A DNA stretch of 38,609 nucleotides from Octopus bimaculoides (Eukaryota). Under the pieces are notes generated by a model that worked only from the letters and a program-made list of their open reading frames with translations, did no database searches and was not told the origin of the DNA. This document shows, in pieces, positions 23,271 to 34,600 of this stretch. A program made the translations under genes and the position numbers. Numbering within the stretch: the first letter of the stretch is position 1; each line of letters begins with the position of its first letter. The DNA lies in the NCBI RefSeq assembly GCF_001194135.2, contig NC_068989.1, forward strand, positions 81,350,085-81,388,693, read 5' to 3'.

Positions 23271-23355
<85 letters not shown>
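22981..23355 (+). mobile_element. tRNA-headed SINE with an RTE-like tail and (GAT)n terminus
   Basis: Head ggagtggctgtgtggtaag..ggttccgtattcagtcccactgcgtggcaccttgggcaagtgtc; tail aaaaagcacccaatacactctgtaaagtggttgg..gttaaatgatgatgat. Confidence 0.82.
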
Positions 23356-23356
<1 letters not shown>

Positions 23357-23493
23357 ATGAATATCAGTCAGTTTTGATGTTGAATGTTTTGTTGCTTGAT
23401 CAATCGATCTCTTTGCACATTGGCATGAAAGTGGCGGAGTATTCCACAGACACATGTACTCTAAATGTAATCCTCAAGTAAAATCAGTATGAA

Positions 23494-23496
<3 letters not shown>

Positions 23497-23573
<77 letters not shown>

Positions 23574-23585
23574 CGTGTGTGTGTA
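23497..23585. repeat. (TG)n microsatellite
   Basis: Direct reading. Confidence 0.97.
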
Positions 23586-23649
23586 AGACAAGGCTAAATT
23601 TTTGAATTTTGAATTGCAATTTTTGAATTGCAATTCAAACATTTTCTAC

Positions 23650-23778
23650 CCAATTTTATTTACTACCCTTGGGACAACCCAAGACTATGTTTCAAAACAC
23701 TTGCCCGAGATACCACATGAGGGAATCGAACCAAAAACTCTGTGATTGCAATGTAAGCTTCTTATCCACTCCAACATG
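23650..23778 (-). mobile_element. SINE head fragment
   Basis: The reverse complement has tggagtgg (A-box-like), GGTTCGATTCC (B box) and gggcaagtgtt, as in the SINE at 22981. Confidence 0.7.
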
Positions 23779-25242
23779 TGAAAAGATTGTGATTGAAAGG
23801 TTGTTAGCAATGCATCCTTTCTTTTGGACTTTTGATACGGGTACATACCTAAATAGTCTTTATGATCATTGCTTTTCCAAATGCTACTGTCACCCTCCCA
23901 TCCATCTGCACATTAACATCCCTGTTGTTTGCTGCCATCACCATCCTCCTTGCAGTGGTATATCTATTTGCTATAAATTCCTCATCTTGCATCCTTGCCA
24001 AACACACCAAAGTTTTTGTTTGAGTCTGCCCTTCTGGTTACAACTCATTCTCACCCTCTCGTCTATGCCATATACTGCTGTTACCACCCTGACCCTCCTC
24101 CTTGCACTCTGGTTGAAAAAAAGAAAGTAAAAATAGATAAACAGATGACATTCAAACAAAACATTCCCCAACCGGTCACGTACCCCAACACTAAGCAACC
24201 CATTTCTACGTACCCCACTCATTCCTACACTATTTCTCAATCCCACTTAACTCAATTCATTCTTCTCCTACACTGCTCCATTCCTATCCTATTCCACTTA
24301 CTCCTACACTGCTCCAAGTAACATGCACAACTGCAGGAAATTCTTTCCCATTGATAAGTCTAAGGTTATCATGGCTACAATTACAATTGTCTCTTCTTCC
24401 CAGTTTGCTCCAAATAAGGCCAAAAGATACATAAAACTTCAAAACAAATTGTGACTCACTGCATGTTAACGTTTATTATAAATACATCATTCACATTGGC
24501 TTGGCTACATTAGTTGCCAATAAAAGAGTAAATCGTATCCTGATTGTGCATGTGCTGTTGTTAAATTATAGTTGGAAGCTAAAGGCTTTCACTCTCATTG
24601 ACTGTAAACCTAAAATAATAGATTCTAACACCTCACACAGTACAGTATCCAGTTTGTTCTTAAACACACACACACACACACACACACACTACTCCCCCAC
24701 ACACATTTACAAGCGGTTAAATATATGTGCAGTCATAGACTGACCAGTAGTTTTGCATCTATAAAGCACTAGGCCTTATACATGCAATGGATGCAAAACC
24801 ATTGGTCACTCTATGACCGGACATATGTTTAACTGCTTGTAAATACATTACTGCTCTATTCTTTAGAGTGTGCTTCTTTTACGGATATATGATCCACTGG
24901 CAATGTATATACATATACATATATACAAGGAAAAGTTCTGTTTTCCTATGTGGTCATTCTGTTGTCCGTAAAAAAAGTCCGTTTTTTGTGCTTTGTTTAT
25001 GTTCCCGTTCCTTTTTTGACGTCCTCTACCCAGATATGCATCTATATTTACATGTAGATGTAGGTATGTACATATATGTATGTATACATGCATATGCTCA
25101 TATATCATTTGTATTATATATATATATATATATGTATGTATCACCTTACTTTGAGCCTTGAAGATAATGCTGGACTGACTTGATGCATCAACTTAAGTAC
25201 CTTATTTAATCGAATCTTAATTATTTCTATATATATATGTAT

Positions 25243-25672
25243 ATCATCATCATCATCCTTTAAAGTCCATTGTCCATGCTGGCATGGGTTGGACAGTTTG
25301 ACTGGGTTGGCACACTGGAAGGCTGTGCCAGGATCCAGTCTGATTTGATATGGTTTTCTACGGTTGGATGCCTTTTCTAATGTCAACCACTCCGAGAGTG
25401 TAATGGGTGCTTTTACGTGCCACTGGCACGGGTGCCATTTGCGTGACACCAGTGTCTGCCATGACTGTGATTTTGCTCGGCTTGATGGGTCTTCTTCTCA
25501 AGCATGACATAATACCAAAGGTCTCGGTTATTACCTCTGTGAGGCCAAACACTCGAAGGGAGCTCGACCACTTTGCCTCCATGAGGCCCAATGCTCGAAA
25601 GGAACTGAGCCACCTTATCGCTGTGAGGCCCAGGAGCTCAACCACTTTGCCTCCATGAAGCCCAATGCTAGC
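25243..25672 (-). mobile_element. RTE LINE 3' end with (ATG)n tail and an internal 37-bp duplication
   Basis: The minus-strand ..FRALGLMEA..RVFGLTEV.. C-terminal remnant is followed by the shared 3' tail. ggagctc(g/a)accactttgcctccatga(g/a)gcccaatgct occurs near 25560 and 25634. Confidence 0.8.
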
Positions 25673-26129
25673 TCATTACAGCCATTTCTTATGCATTTTT
25701 TAATAGAAGAATGAGAACATTACTTCATTATAAAGACCATAATCATCAGATGTTGCAGGCCTATGACCAAATATTTTTTAGTGATGACCAGCCCATCTTT
25801 TTCCATATCTACTACGTGTTTGGGCTAAATTTTACAGTTTGCATAAAAAGGAAAAGAAAACACAATATCCCATCCAAAAATAAAAGTATTTAAAGAAAAC
25901 CCAAAAAATATTGACTTGATTATGATTGGGAGACAACAGTTTACTCAAAGTAGCCACAATCAGCTTCTACCATGACCTCAAGATTGCTCTGAAACCTAGC
26001 ACATGCATTCCCCACTGTGTTCCTGGGAAGATCTTTAAACACCTCCTTAAACTTGGCCAACAGCTCAGCTTTGGTGTTACAGACAGAGTGAATGGTTACA
26101 ATTGGGGGAATTTGGAGGTTTGAAATTTT

Positions 26130-26360
26130 CTTATTTCTTTACTGCCCACAAGGGGCTACACACAGAGGAAAACAAGGACAGACAAACGGATTAAGTCGAT
26201 TATATCGACCCCAGTGCGTAACTGGTACTTATTTAATCAACCCCGAAAGGATGAAAGGCAAAGTCGACCTCGGTGGAATTTGAACTCAGAACACAATGGC
26301 AGACGAAATACTTCTAAGCATTTTGCCCGTCGTGTTAACGTTTCTGCCAGCTCACCGCCC
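26130..26360 (-). mobile_element. tRNA-derived SINE (same core as 18428-18640)
   Basis: atcgaccccagtgcgtaactggtacttatttaatcaaccccgaaaggatgaaaggcaaagtcgacctcgg..gaactcagaa..acgtttctgccagctc. Confidence 0.88.
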
Positions 26361-26949
26361 TTCTGACTTTTTCTGGAGGTACGGCAAGGAAGCAAATACT
26401 ACTGCCATGTATCTGTCCTTCCAGTAGCAACCCTCTCTAGCCAGGGTTTGACCACAGTCTCTAGCTGCTTTGCACAGCCATCTGAATTGAACCTAAGGTT
26501 CTGTTCAAGGATGTGGGGATGAATTCCAGTATGAAGATGCAGTCAAAATGCCTGCTGTGTCCTTTCCTGCTAGCCACAGCTTCACAGTTTCCATTGCAGC
26601 TGTCCATGTCATGTCTTAAAGTGTTCACAGAGCATTAAGCATCAGTTACCATGTCAGCATTTTGATACCCAATATGAATCATCATGATTAAGGTAACTCT
26701 TTTCAAATATTCAGATGGCTTCCAGTCCTCCATGTCAGTTAAATTTTTCTCAACTACAACTTTTATCTTTATGCTCTCCAACGCTGTTGACTATTCCTGA
26801 AAAAAAAAAAGAAAAAAAAAGAGAATACAAATCATCAAATTTAGCCCAAACACTCTGTAAAACTAGATTGTCCGATATGACCTTCCTTTTTAAAGATGGT
26901 AGAGTGTGTTTTCAGAAAGATCTAGTTACTAATTCTTGCAGGTTGAGAA

Positions 26950-27270
26950 ACCCCATAGACATCCTTGCCCCAACTCTCTTTTCTTTGTACTTTGCTGCTG
27001 CTTTTACTCATGCTTTTGCTAAGGTTAGCTCTCTGGGAATATATGTCATATATCGATCTTCTGGCCGCCTCTTTAATCTTCGCTGACTTGCTGCCAATTC
27101 AAAGGTTCTTCAGTCTATTATTCGTGACCCCCTTTATGCAGATGACTGTGACTTAGACACTCATACAATGGATGACATGCAAATACTCATGAATTGCATT
27201 TCTGCTTCTTGCAAGGCATTTGGACTTAGCACTAGCCTGGACAAGACTGTTGTAATGTTCCATACTTTCA
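26950..27270 (+). mobile_element. RTE-BovB-type LINE reverse-transcriptase fragment
   Basis: LAPTLFSLYFAAAF..GIYVIYRSSGRLFNLR*LAANSKV..IIRDPLYADDC..MQILMNCISASCKAFGLSTSLDKTVVM in one frame, with YADD at 27135-27146. Confidence 0.9.
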
Positions 27271-27544
27271 CTCGATTGTAGGCTGTTGCTGATGTCTCTG
27301 TGCACTTTTCTAATGATACAAACTATGTACCACTGAAGCTGTACTGGTTCGTTCTTTCTCATTAACATGATTTGCAATAAAATATTGATGCTGGAAATAG
27401 ACTGAGATTTCTCACGGAGTCAGTTTTATCTCTTTTTGTCATGCAATGCTAAATAACCAAATCTCTGATGACTGGTGTGCATTCAACCTTCACTCAGGTT
27501 TTTCTTGATTAACTTAAACAACTGCCTTAACAAAAGCTTTTTAC

Positions 27545-27794
27545 TACACACATGCACACATGCACATACACATACACACACACACACATACATGAACACA
27601 AACACACCCATATAAGTATGTATGTACATATGTTTGTGTGTATACGTGTATGAGTGTGTCCATGTGTGTGTTAGTATGTATGTGTATGATATATTTATAT
27701 CTATATGTGTGTATAGTGTGTGTGTGTGTGTGTATGTGTAGTGTGTTTGTGTGTGTGTGTATACATATGCACACTCACACACATGCACACACTT

Positions 27795-27838
<44 letters not shown>

Positions 27839-27860
27839 ACACAAACACATTCACACATGC
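27545..27860. repeat. Compound (CA)n/(TG)n microsatellite region
   Basis: Direct reading. It accounts for the VCVC and HTHT ORFs. Confidence 0.93.
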
Positions 27861-28069
27861 TGCATATACTATCATGGAAAACGGACACTGAATGATGATT
27901 TTGTATTTCTTTGCTTATTCTCCTCTCTCTTCATATTCACCTTGTGCATTGATCTTGCGTCTCTTTCTCCTTCCAGACAGGGAAGCCTTGTATTCATCTC
28001 TTCAGCATGATACTTGCACCTGTTCCTTGACCACACTTTTATATCCCTCAGTACTATGCTCTACTTGTG

Positions 28070-28146
28070 AGTACGTGGCAACCTCACCGGTGCCAATGCC
28101 ATGTAAAAAAATCCCCCAGTACTCTCTGTGAAGTGGTTGGCATGAG
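28070..28146 (-). mobile_element. RTE/SINE tail fragment
   Basis: The reverse complement atgccaaccacttcacagagagtactggggg..ttttacatggcattggcac resembles 25380-25430. Confidence 0.6.
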
Positions 28147-28308
28147 AATCATAACAGATCCTCCCCCATGTTTAACAGTTGGAAGAAGGCAGTCTGGGTC
28201 AAATGCTTCTTTTGACTGTCTCCACACGTATACTGGGCTGGTGGTCAGAAATAAGGTAAAGTATGACTTGTCTGAGAAAATAACATTCTTCCACTGCTCT
28301 AGGGAGTT
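28147..28308 (-). mobile_element. Tc1 transposase fragment
   Basis: SLEQWKNVIFSDKSYFTLFLTTSPVYVWRQSKEAFDPDCLLPTVKHGGGSVMI matches the Tc1 W..VIFSDES and TVKHGGGSVM motifs. Confidence 0.9.
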
Positions 28309-29133
28309 GGAAAGAACGAGATCTGGAGTGTATGCAGGATGTTTAAGCAACTCAAACTCCAATTTTTAATGTTTTCATTGGTGTGGGCGGCCGTATGTGG
28401 ACGTGCGTTATCGTGTAATAACAATTGCTTTGACAATAGACTTCAGCTTTTGGTACGAATTGCTGCTTTTAGTTTGTTGGTCAGCATTTCACTGTAGCCT
28501 ACACTAGTGTCTGCAGACCCCCTTTTTCAGGTACTGTTCCAGTATAGATCCTTTTACGCCCTGAAAACAGCTAGCATCACCTTTTCTGCGGAAGATTGAG
28601 TTTTGAATTTTCTATTCGCTGGCGATTCCGTATGTTTCCACTCCATACGCTGCCTTTTGGATTTGGCACAAAGTGATGGATCCAGGTTTCATCTGTGACT
28701 ATTATCTCCAAAACGCTTCGCCTTCATCTTCGTAGCGGTCGACTAAGCATTAATAGATTTCGACACGATTGCGCTAATGCAAGCTTTCTTGGCACCCATC
28801 TTGCATACAGATTTCGTATGCAGAACCATGACTTATTTTCAGGGATTATGTCACCTCACCGATGGTCACTGGTCGGTTTGCTCGAACCACCTCCCGAGCT
28901 TGCTGAATCTTTACGCCAGTGGTGGAGGTTGATGGGCGTCCTGCTCTCTCTTCGTGCTTCACGCTTGTCAGGCCGTGTTTAAACTTCTCTATCCACCCAT
29001 ACACATTTCAACGTTGTAGAGCATTGTACTGAAAGCATGCAATGAATTTCAGCCCCTGAGATCCTTCAGTTCAGAGAAATCAGATCACTGACGTCTGGTC
29101 TTCCTTGGTGCGTGCTGCTAGTGGAGCGGCCAT
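28309..29133 (-). mobile_element. mariner transposase pseudogene, truncated after the YSPDL-like motif
   Basis: ATG 29133 gives MAAPLAARTKEDQ..VYGWIEKFKHGLTSVKHEERAGRPSTS..VTDETWIHHF..LLLHDNARPHTAAHT..FELLKHPAYTPDL, with several stops and frameshifts. TIRs are not seen. Confidence 0.88.
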
Positions 29134-29204
29134 ATTTACTCTGTAACACAAGAAAGAAAACAGGAGAAATCAAAGCCAAACCTCGGTTACGTTGCCACAA
29201 GAGT

Positions 29205-29298
29205 ACGACCACACATACATACATACATACATACATACATACTTACATACATACATACATATATTATATGCATATATGTATACATACATATATATATG

Positions 29299-29336
<38 letters not shown>
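29205..29336. repeat. (CATA)n/(TA)n/(CA)n microsatellite
   Basis: Direct reading; it abuts the gap. Confidence 0.95.
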
Positions 29337-29733
29337 NNNNNNNNNNNNNNNNNNNNNNNNNNNNNNNNNNNNNNNNNNNNNNNNNNNNNNNNNNNNNNNN
29401 NNNNNNNNNNNNNNNNNNNNNNNNNNNNNNNNNNNNNNNNNNNNNNNNNNNNNNNNNNNNNNNNNNNNNNNNNNNNNNNNNNNNNNNNNNNNNNNNNNNN
29501 NNNNNNNNNNNNNNNNNNNNNNNNNNNNNNNNNNNNNNNNNNNNNNNNNNNNNNNNNNNNNNNNNNNNNNNNNNNNNNNNNNNNNNNNNNNNNNNNNNNN
29601 NNNNNNNNNNNNNNNNNNNNNNNNNNNNNNNNNNNNNNNNNNNNNNNNNNNNNNNNNNNNNNNNNNNNNNNNNNNNNNNNNNNNNNNNNNNNNNNNNNNN
29701 NNNNNNNNNNNNNNNNNNNNNNNNNNNNNNNNN
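29337..29733. other. Assembly gap (N run)
   Basis: Continuous N. Confidence 1.
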
Positions 29734-29864
29734 AATAAAATTAATAAAATTATTAACAATATTCACAGGAAATCAATATTCAAATTTCTGAAAGATATAT
29801 GTTTAATATGACACAGTAATCATTTTGAATTATAATTAAATTAAAATTAAAGATATACAAAATA

Positions 29865-29955
29865 TAAATATATATAAAAAATATAAATGTATATAAAAAA
29901 TATAAATGTATATAAAAATATATGCGTACATAAATGTATATAAAAATGTATGCGT
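29865..29955. repeat. AT-rich minisatellite, about 20-bp unit (tataaatgtatataaaaa)
   Basis: Three to four imperfect copies are visible. Confidence 0.7.
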
Positions 29956-30012
29956 AATTGAGTATAAATATAATTCGATTAAAATATTATGAAAGTCTAA
30001 AAGTTTAAAATG

Positions 30013-30103
30013 CATCTTACGATCGTTTCACGGATATTATTGCTTTTATAATGTAATCTAATATAGATAAGCATACTGGCAATAATTCCGCTCTTCAGAG
30101 ATG
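30013..30103 (-). ncRNA. Type I minimal hammerhead ribozyme (Penelope-associated type)
   Basis: Minus strand: CAUCU (30103-30099), CUGAAGA (30098-30092), stem II GCGGAAUUAUUGC (30091-30079) paired with GCAAUAAUAUCCGU (30043-30030; 13 pairs, one bulge), GAAA (30029-30026), C-GAUC-G, UA (GUA cleavage triplet 30020-30018), then AGAUG (30017-30013) closing stem I. Confidence 0.82.
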
Positions 30104-30330
30104 TATAAAGTTATTATATATGTGTGAAAAACGAATGGTATATATAATAAAATATGCTATAAGATGATATTAACTAAAATATTAAAAAAATATTAAGAAT
30201 ATTAGAAATATTAAAATATATACTGTCCTTTGAGAATTTGTGAATGTAATCCCTCCTATAATTTGGAAAATTCATATTTTTCATTTGTAGAAATTTTAAA
30301 TGATATTTAGTTTTTTTAAATATATATCAA

Positions 30331-30928
<598 letters not shown>

Positions 30929-31430
30929 TACACAAACAAATATGTACACGCACATCACCATATAGATACAATAGATACATATATACACGCTGTGTCCATA
31001 AATGAAACATAGATACACACACACACACATAAAACTGTCCGCACAGAAACACTCATAAACACATACATACGTGCAAATACACATATACATATACACATAT
31101 ACATATACACATACACACAGACGCGACAATTGGTATATAATCGAATGAAAATATCACTCAACTCATTTCACGAAAGTTGGATTCTTGATCTAGAAGTTTC
31201 GTTCAGGTTCAGGGATGTTCTGGTGTAAACAGTTTGGATTTTTCTATTTGGTATCGCTGATCCATCGAGGAAACCATTTTGCAACGGATGGTTTGTCACC
31301 AAGAAAATACTGCTTTGTTCCATAACAAATACCTTTCTGAGGAGGATTGAAATTTAAAATGAAAATTAATAAAGTTTTTTTTTTGGGGGGGGGGACAGTG
31401 TATCTCGAAGCATACAGAGCTATAAATAAT

Positions 31431-31600
31431 CCTTTTACTATCAGCTCAAGGCCTGAAATTAGGGGGAGGGGGTGCTAGTCGATTACATCGACCCCAAATT
31501 GGTACTTATTTTATTCAGCCCGAAAGGATGGACATCGCTGGAATTTCAACTCAAAACGTAAAGACAGACAAAATGCCGCTAACTATTCTGCCACCTCGCT
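31431..31600 (-). mobile_element. SINE, internally deleted (family of 18428 and 26130)
   Basis: gtcgattacatcgacccc..tggtacttattttattcagcccgaaaggatg..gaatttcaactcaaaacgtaaagacagac. Confidence 0.78.
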
Positions 31601-34600
31601 ATCTTACACACAGCTATGAACACTAGCATGTGAATATTCGATTGAAAACCCCTTTTGGATTGAAAAAGTCGATGACCGCCCGTGGCACCCGGATCCACAT
31701 CTCTAGACATGACAACTTCTCTAACATTGGACCAAAGCAATCCATCGAATTTCTTCATTCAGTTAGAAACATTATTCTTTCAGCGAGAATTCCATGTTGT
31801 TGACATGAAAAGAATTTATAAACTTTCGAGAGAACGTGAAATAATTCTTTCCTGGAACATTGGATCTCGAAACACCTAGAGCAATAAATAATAGCGAGTA
31901 AAGATTGGGTTGAAAAATTCCTTTTGGATAGAAAAAAAATCGAATGCCGCCAATCGAATGCACACACGTACACAGACATGTGTGCATGTGTGCACACACG
32001 TGTGTGTGTACATACTTGAATACATACATACATACATGTGTATGTGTAGTTCGTACAAACCTGGTGGTGATGTTGAAGGAGATCAACTATCTCGCTCTCG
32101 TTCATCTCTCAGGTTGAGCAAAGAAAGGCTGATAATAGGCTTTTCGTCGAGAAGAGTAACTTTTAGGTGAACAATACCAGCAGCCTGAAGATCACCTTTG
32201 ATCAACAGGACGAAATATTTAGAGTGCAACGACTGACTTTATATGGTGTTTGCAAGGGTATCCTGACTGCGTCATCTCGAACAAAAGCATGAGAATAGTT
32301 TTACAGTTTGTTTAAAACAGATAACTAGTTTAAAATGTGACACAGCGTCAGGTTTTTTTTGTTTTTTTCTCAAATAAGCACATACTTCATATTAAGATTA
32401 GCTAAATTCCGCTCGAATGCGACAGAGGTCGAAGAACGTGCAAATGAGAGCTGCAAAAGCTGTAAAGACCAGTAACTAAATTGCGTAAGCTACATGGCTT
32501 GAGGCTCTAAGATTTGAAAACTGCCATGGCTTGTGGCAGTCAACTACGTTGGAGATCCGTGCTGTTAATGTTGACCGACTTTCTAACAGCATGTAAAAAC
32601 TGTCTACAGAAAATACCCTGAAGACAATAGTTTGTTTATATTTTTAGCGAGCATATGCAAACGATTGTTTAATTTTACAACAAAAGACTACTAACTTGTC
32701 AGCCATTTTTTTTTACTGGCCAAACAGAATAGATAACAATTTTTCACCCTTGCCACTTGTGCTGTATAAAGCAATCAGAAATTTTAGCGTATCAGAGGGT
32801 ACCTTGTTTTGGCTACTTAGGAGATTGCACAACGCTTCTCTAAACTTCCAGTGACGTCTATGGCTCACTTCATTCTCTTTCTCTCTTCCTCTTTTGTTCG
32901 GTTAGCGGTTAGCTTCTCGTCTTAGACTTGACAGAATAACTTCTACAAGTTTTAAAACACGTACATTGTCTATTTTTCTCTTTACGACTGGGCGTTACGA
33001 GATTGCAAACATTTGATTCTATAACGCAAATAATTTTATTGATATAAACATTTTCTATATACATTATCCAGTTGATTTCGTGAAAGATCATGATATATTA
33101 AGTTCATTATTCACACACCCTTTTTTACAGCATAAATTATCTAATTGTTTTATGTATGTAAATTCTTACAAATACGTGCTTTGACTGATGCAGTATGTTC
33201 AAAATTATCATATTCTACTTCAATTTTGTCTTGATTCCAACCTGTATTTATTGACCACACGCTTTGTACTCATTATAGCATTAGTCTACCAACAAAATCC
33301 GAAGAGGCCTATTTTTTGTTGGTATGCAGAAATGAAAAAGATTTACCCGTCAATCTGTTGCTGATAATTGATAGTAAGACGAGTTTGTTACTGAAAATGG
33401 TGGGGTTCGATTCTGGTGGTCGACTTAGTCCACATTTTTCTGCCAAAGGGCTTTTACTTGATATTTTATGAGCTAGGATTTACAGCTATATTTACATTTA
33501 AGCAACATCGTAAAAAAGACTTATTTCAAACTTATCGATGCTTCAAAAATACGGGCCAAAACACACATGTGTGGCTGATATACACAAAACTATCGGATTT
33601 CCAGCATAAAACTATGAAAACTTGAAAATTAATGATTTTAACTACAGTGCGTAAATATATTGCAAAAATATAATTTTTGTGTTATTTATTTCATTTCGTA
33701 AAATACTCAGCTCCACAAATTTATCCAGTGTACAAGTTTATCAGTTATTCTGTAGCGGTGGAAGGTGGATTTGTGAAACTAGCAAACTGTTCAATACACG
33801 GTTTCGATTATCACTTTAGAATCATTTTATTTTCATCGTTAAAGACTTTGGAAAATGCATGAATATTCCAGTTGAATGTTCCACACTAATAAAACGGAGG
33901 CTTAACACCTCTATAAGGCATTACAACAGTTCATATTTCCTGGATTACAGATTATCTCAGAATATATGTAACAACCATATTGATACTAATTATACCCTTT
34001 CTCAGAATAAATCCATTTATCTGAACATAAAATATTAAATTACTAAATAAGCTGTCAATGGTATTTGGAAAAATCTCTTCGTATATGCTAGATTGGTTCC
34101 AGTTTTAAATTATTTCATACCACCCACTGTTTTACGTTGACAGATTGCTCTTCCTCATATACTGAATCATAAAACAAAATGCAGTCTAAACACATAATCG
34201 TTTCCGCCAACAATCGTAATGCCTACAATGGTATGTGGCTTTGAAATGGCCTGACCTCAAAGGCATGCAACTTGTGACATATAACATTTGTTAACTTATT
34301 TCCAAATAAGCTTTTCGTCTCAAAGAGAATTTTTACTGTACGAGCTGTTCATTCATTTTCAAACCAATGAAGAGAAAATGGCATTGATTTATTCATGAAG
34401 GCCAAATTTGTTCTAATTCTCAACATATTCGTAAAAAACTAATGTAGCTAATGAAGTTTTTGAAATTCTTTAGATCTGGTGCTTTTGCTTGATGATGAAA
34501 AATATGAACTTAGGCTCTATAAATAAAACTGTCTCAACCGACTCCTCGTCTTTAAAAGTTTTAACTGGAGAAAGCAAATCCTAACGTTTGAGTTTTATTT

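Noticed and set aside
23877-24110. EGF-like-looking peptides CADGWEGDSSIW and CKEEGQGGNSSIW on the minus strand
   Set aside because: The Cys spacing is incomplete and the frames contain stops. A degenerate G/A-rich repeat explains it more simply.
25540-25672. Repeat-spacer-like pattern suggesting a CRISPR array
   Set aside because: There are only two imperfect units, inside an RTE LINE end in a eukaryotic genome, with no cas genes.
32185-32215. CTGAAGA...GAAA as a third hammerhead (also 2436-2466 on the minus strand and 5223-5240)
   Set aside because: No stem II closing pair, no NUH-bearing stem III and no stem I can be formed.
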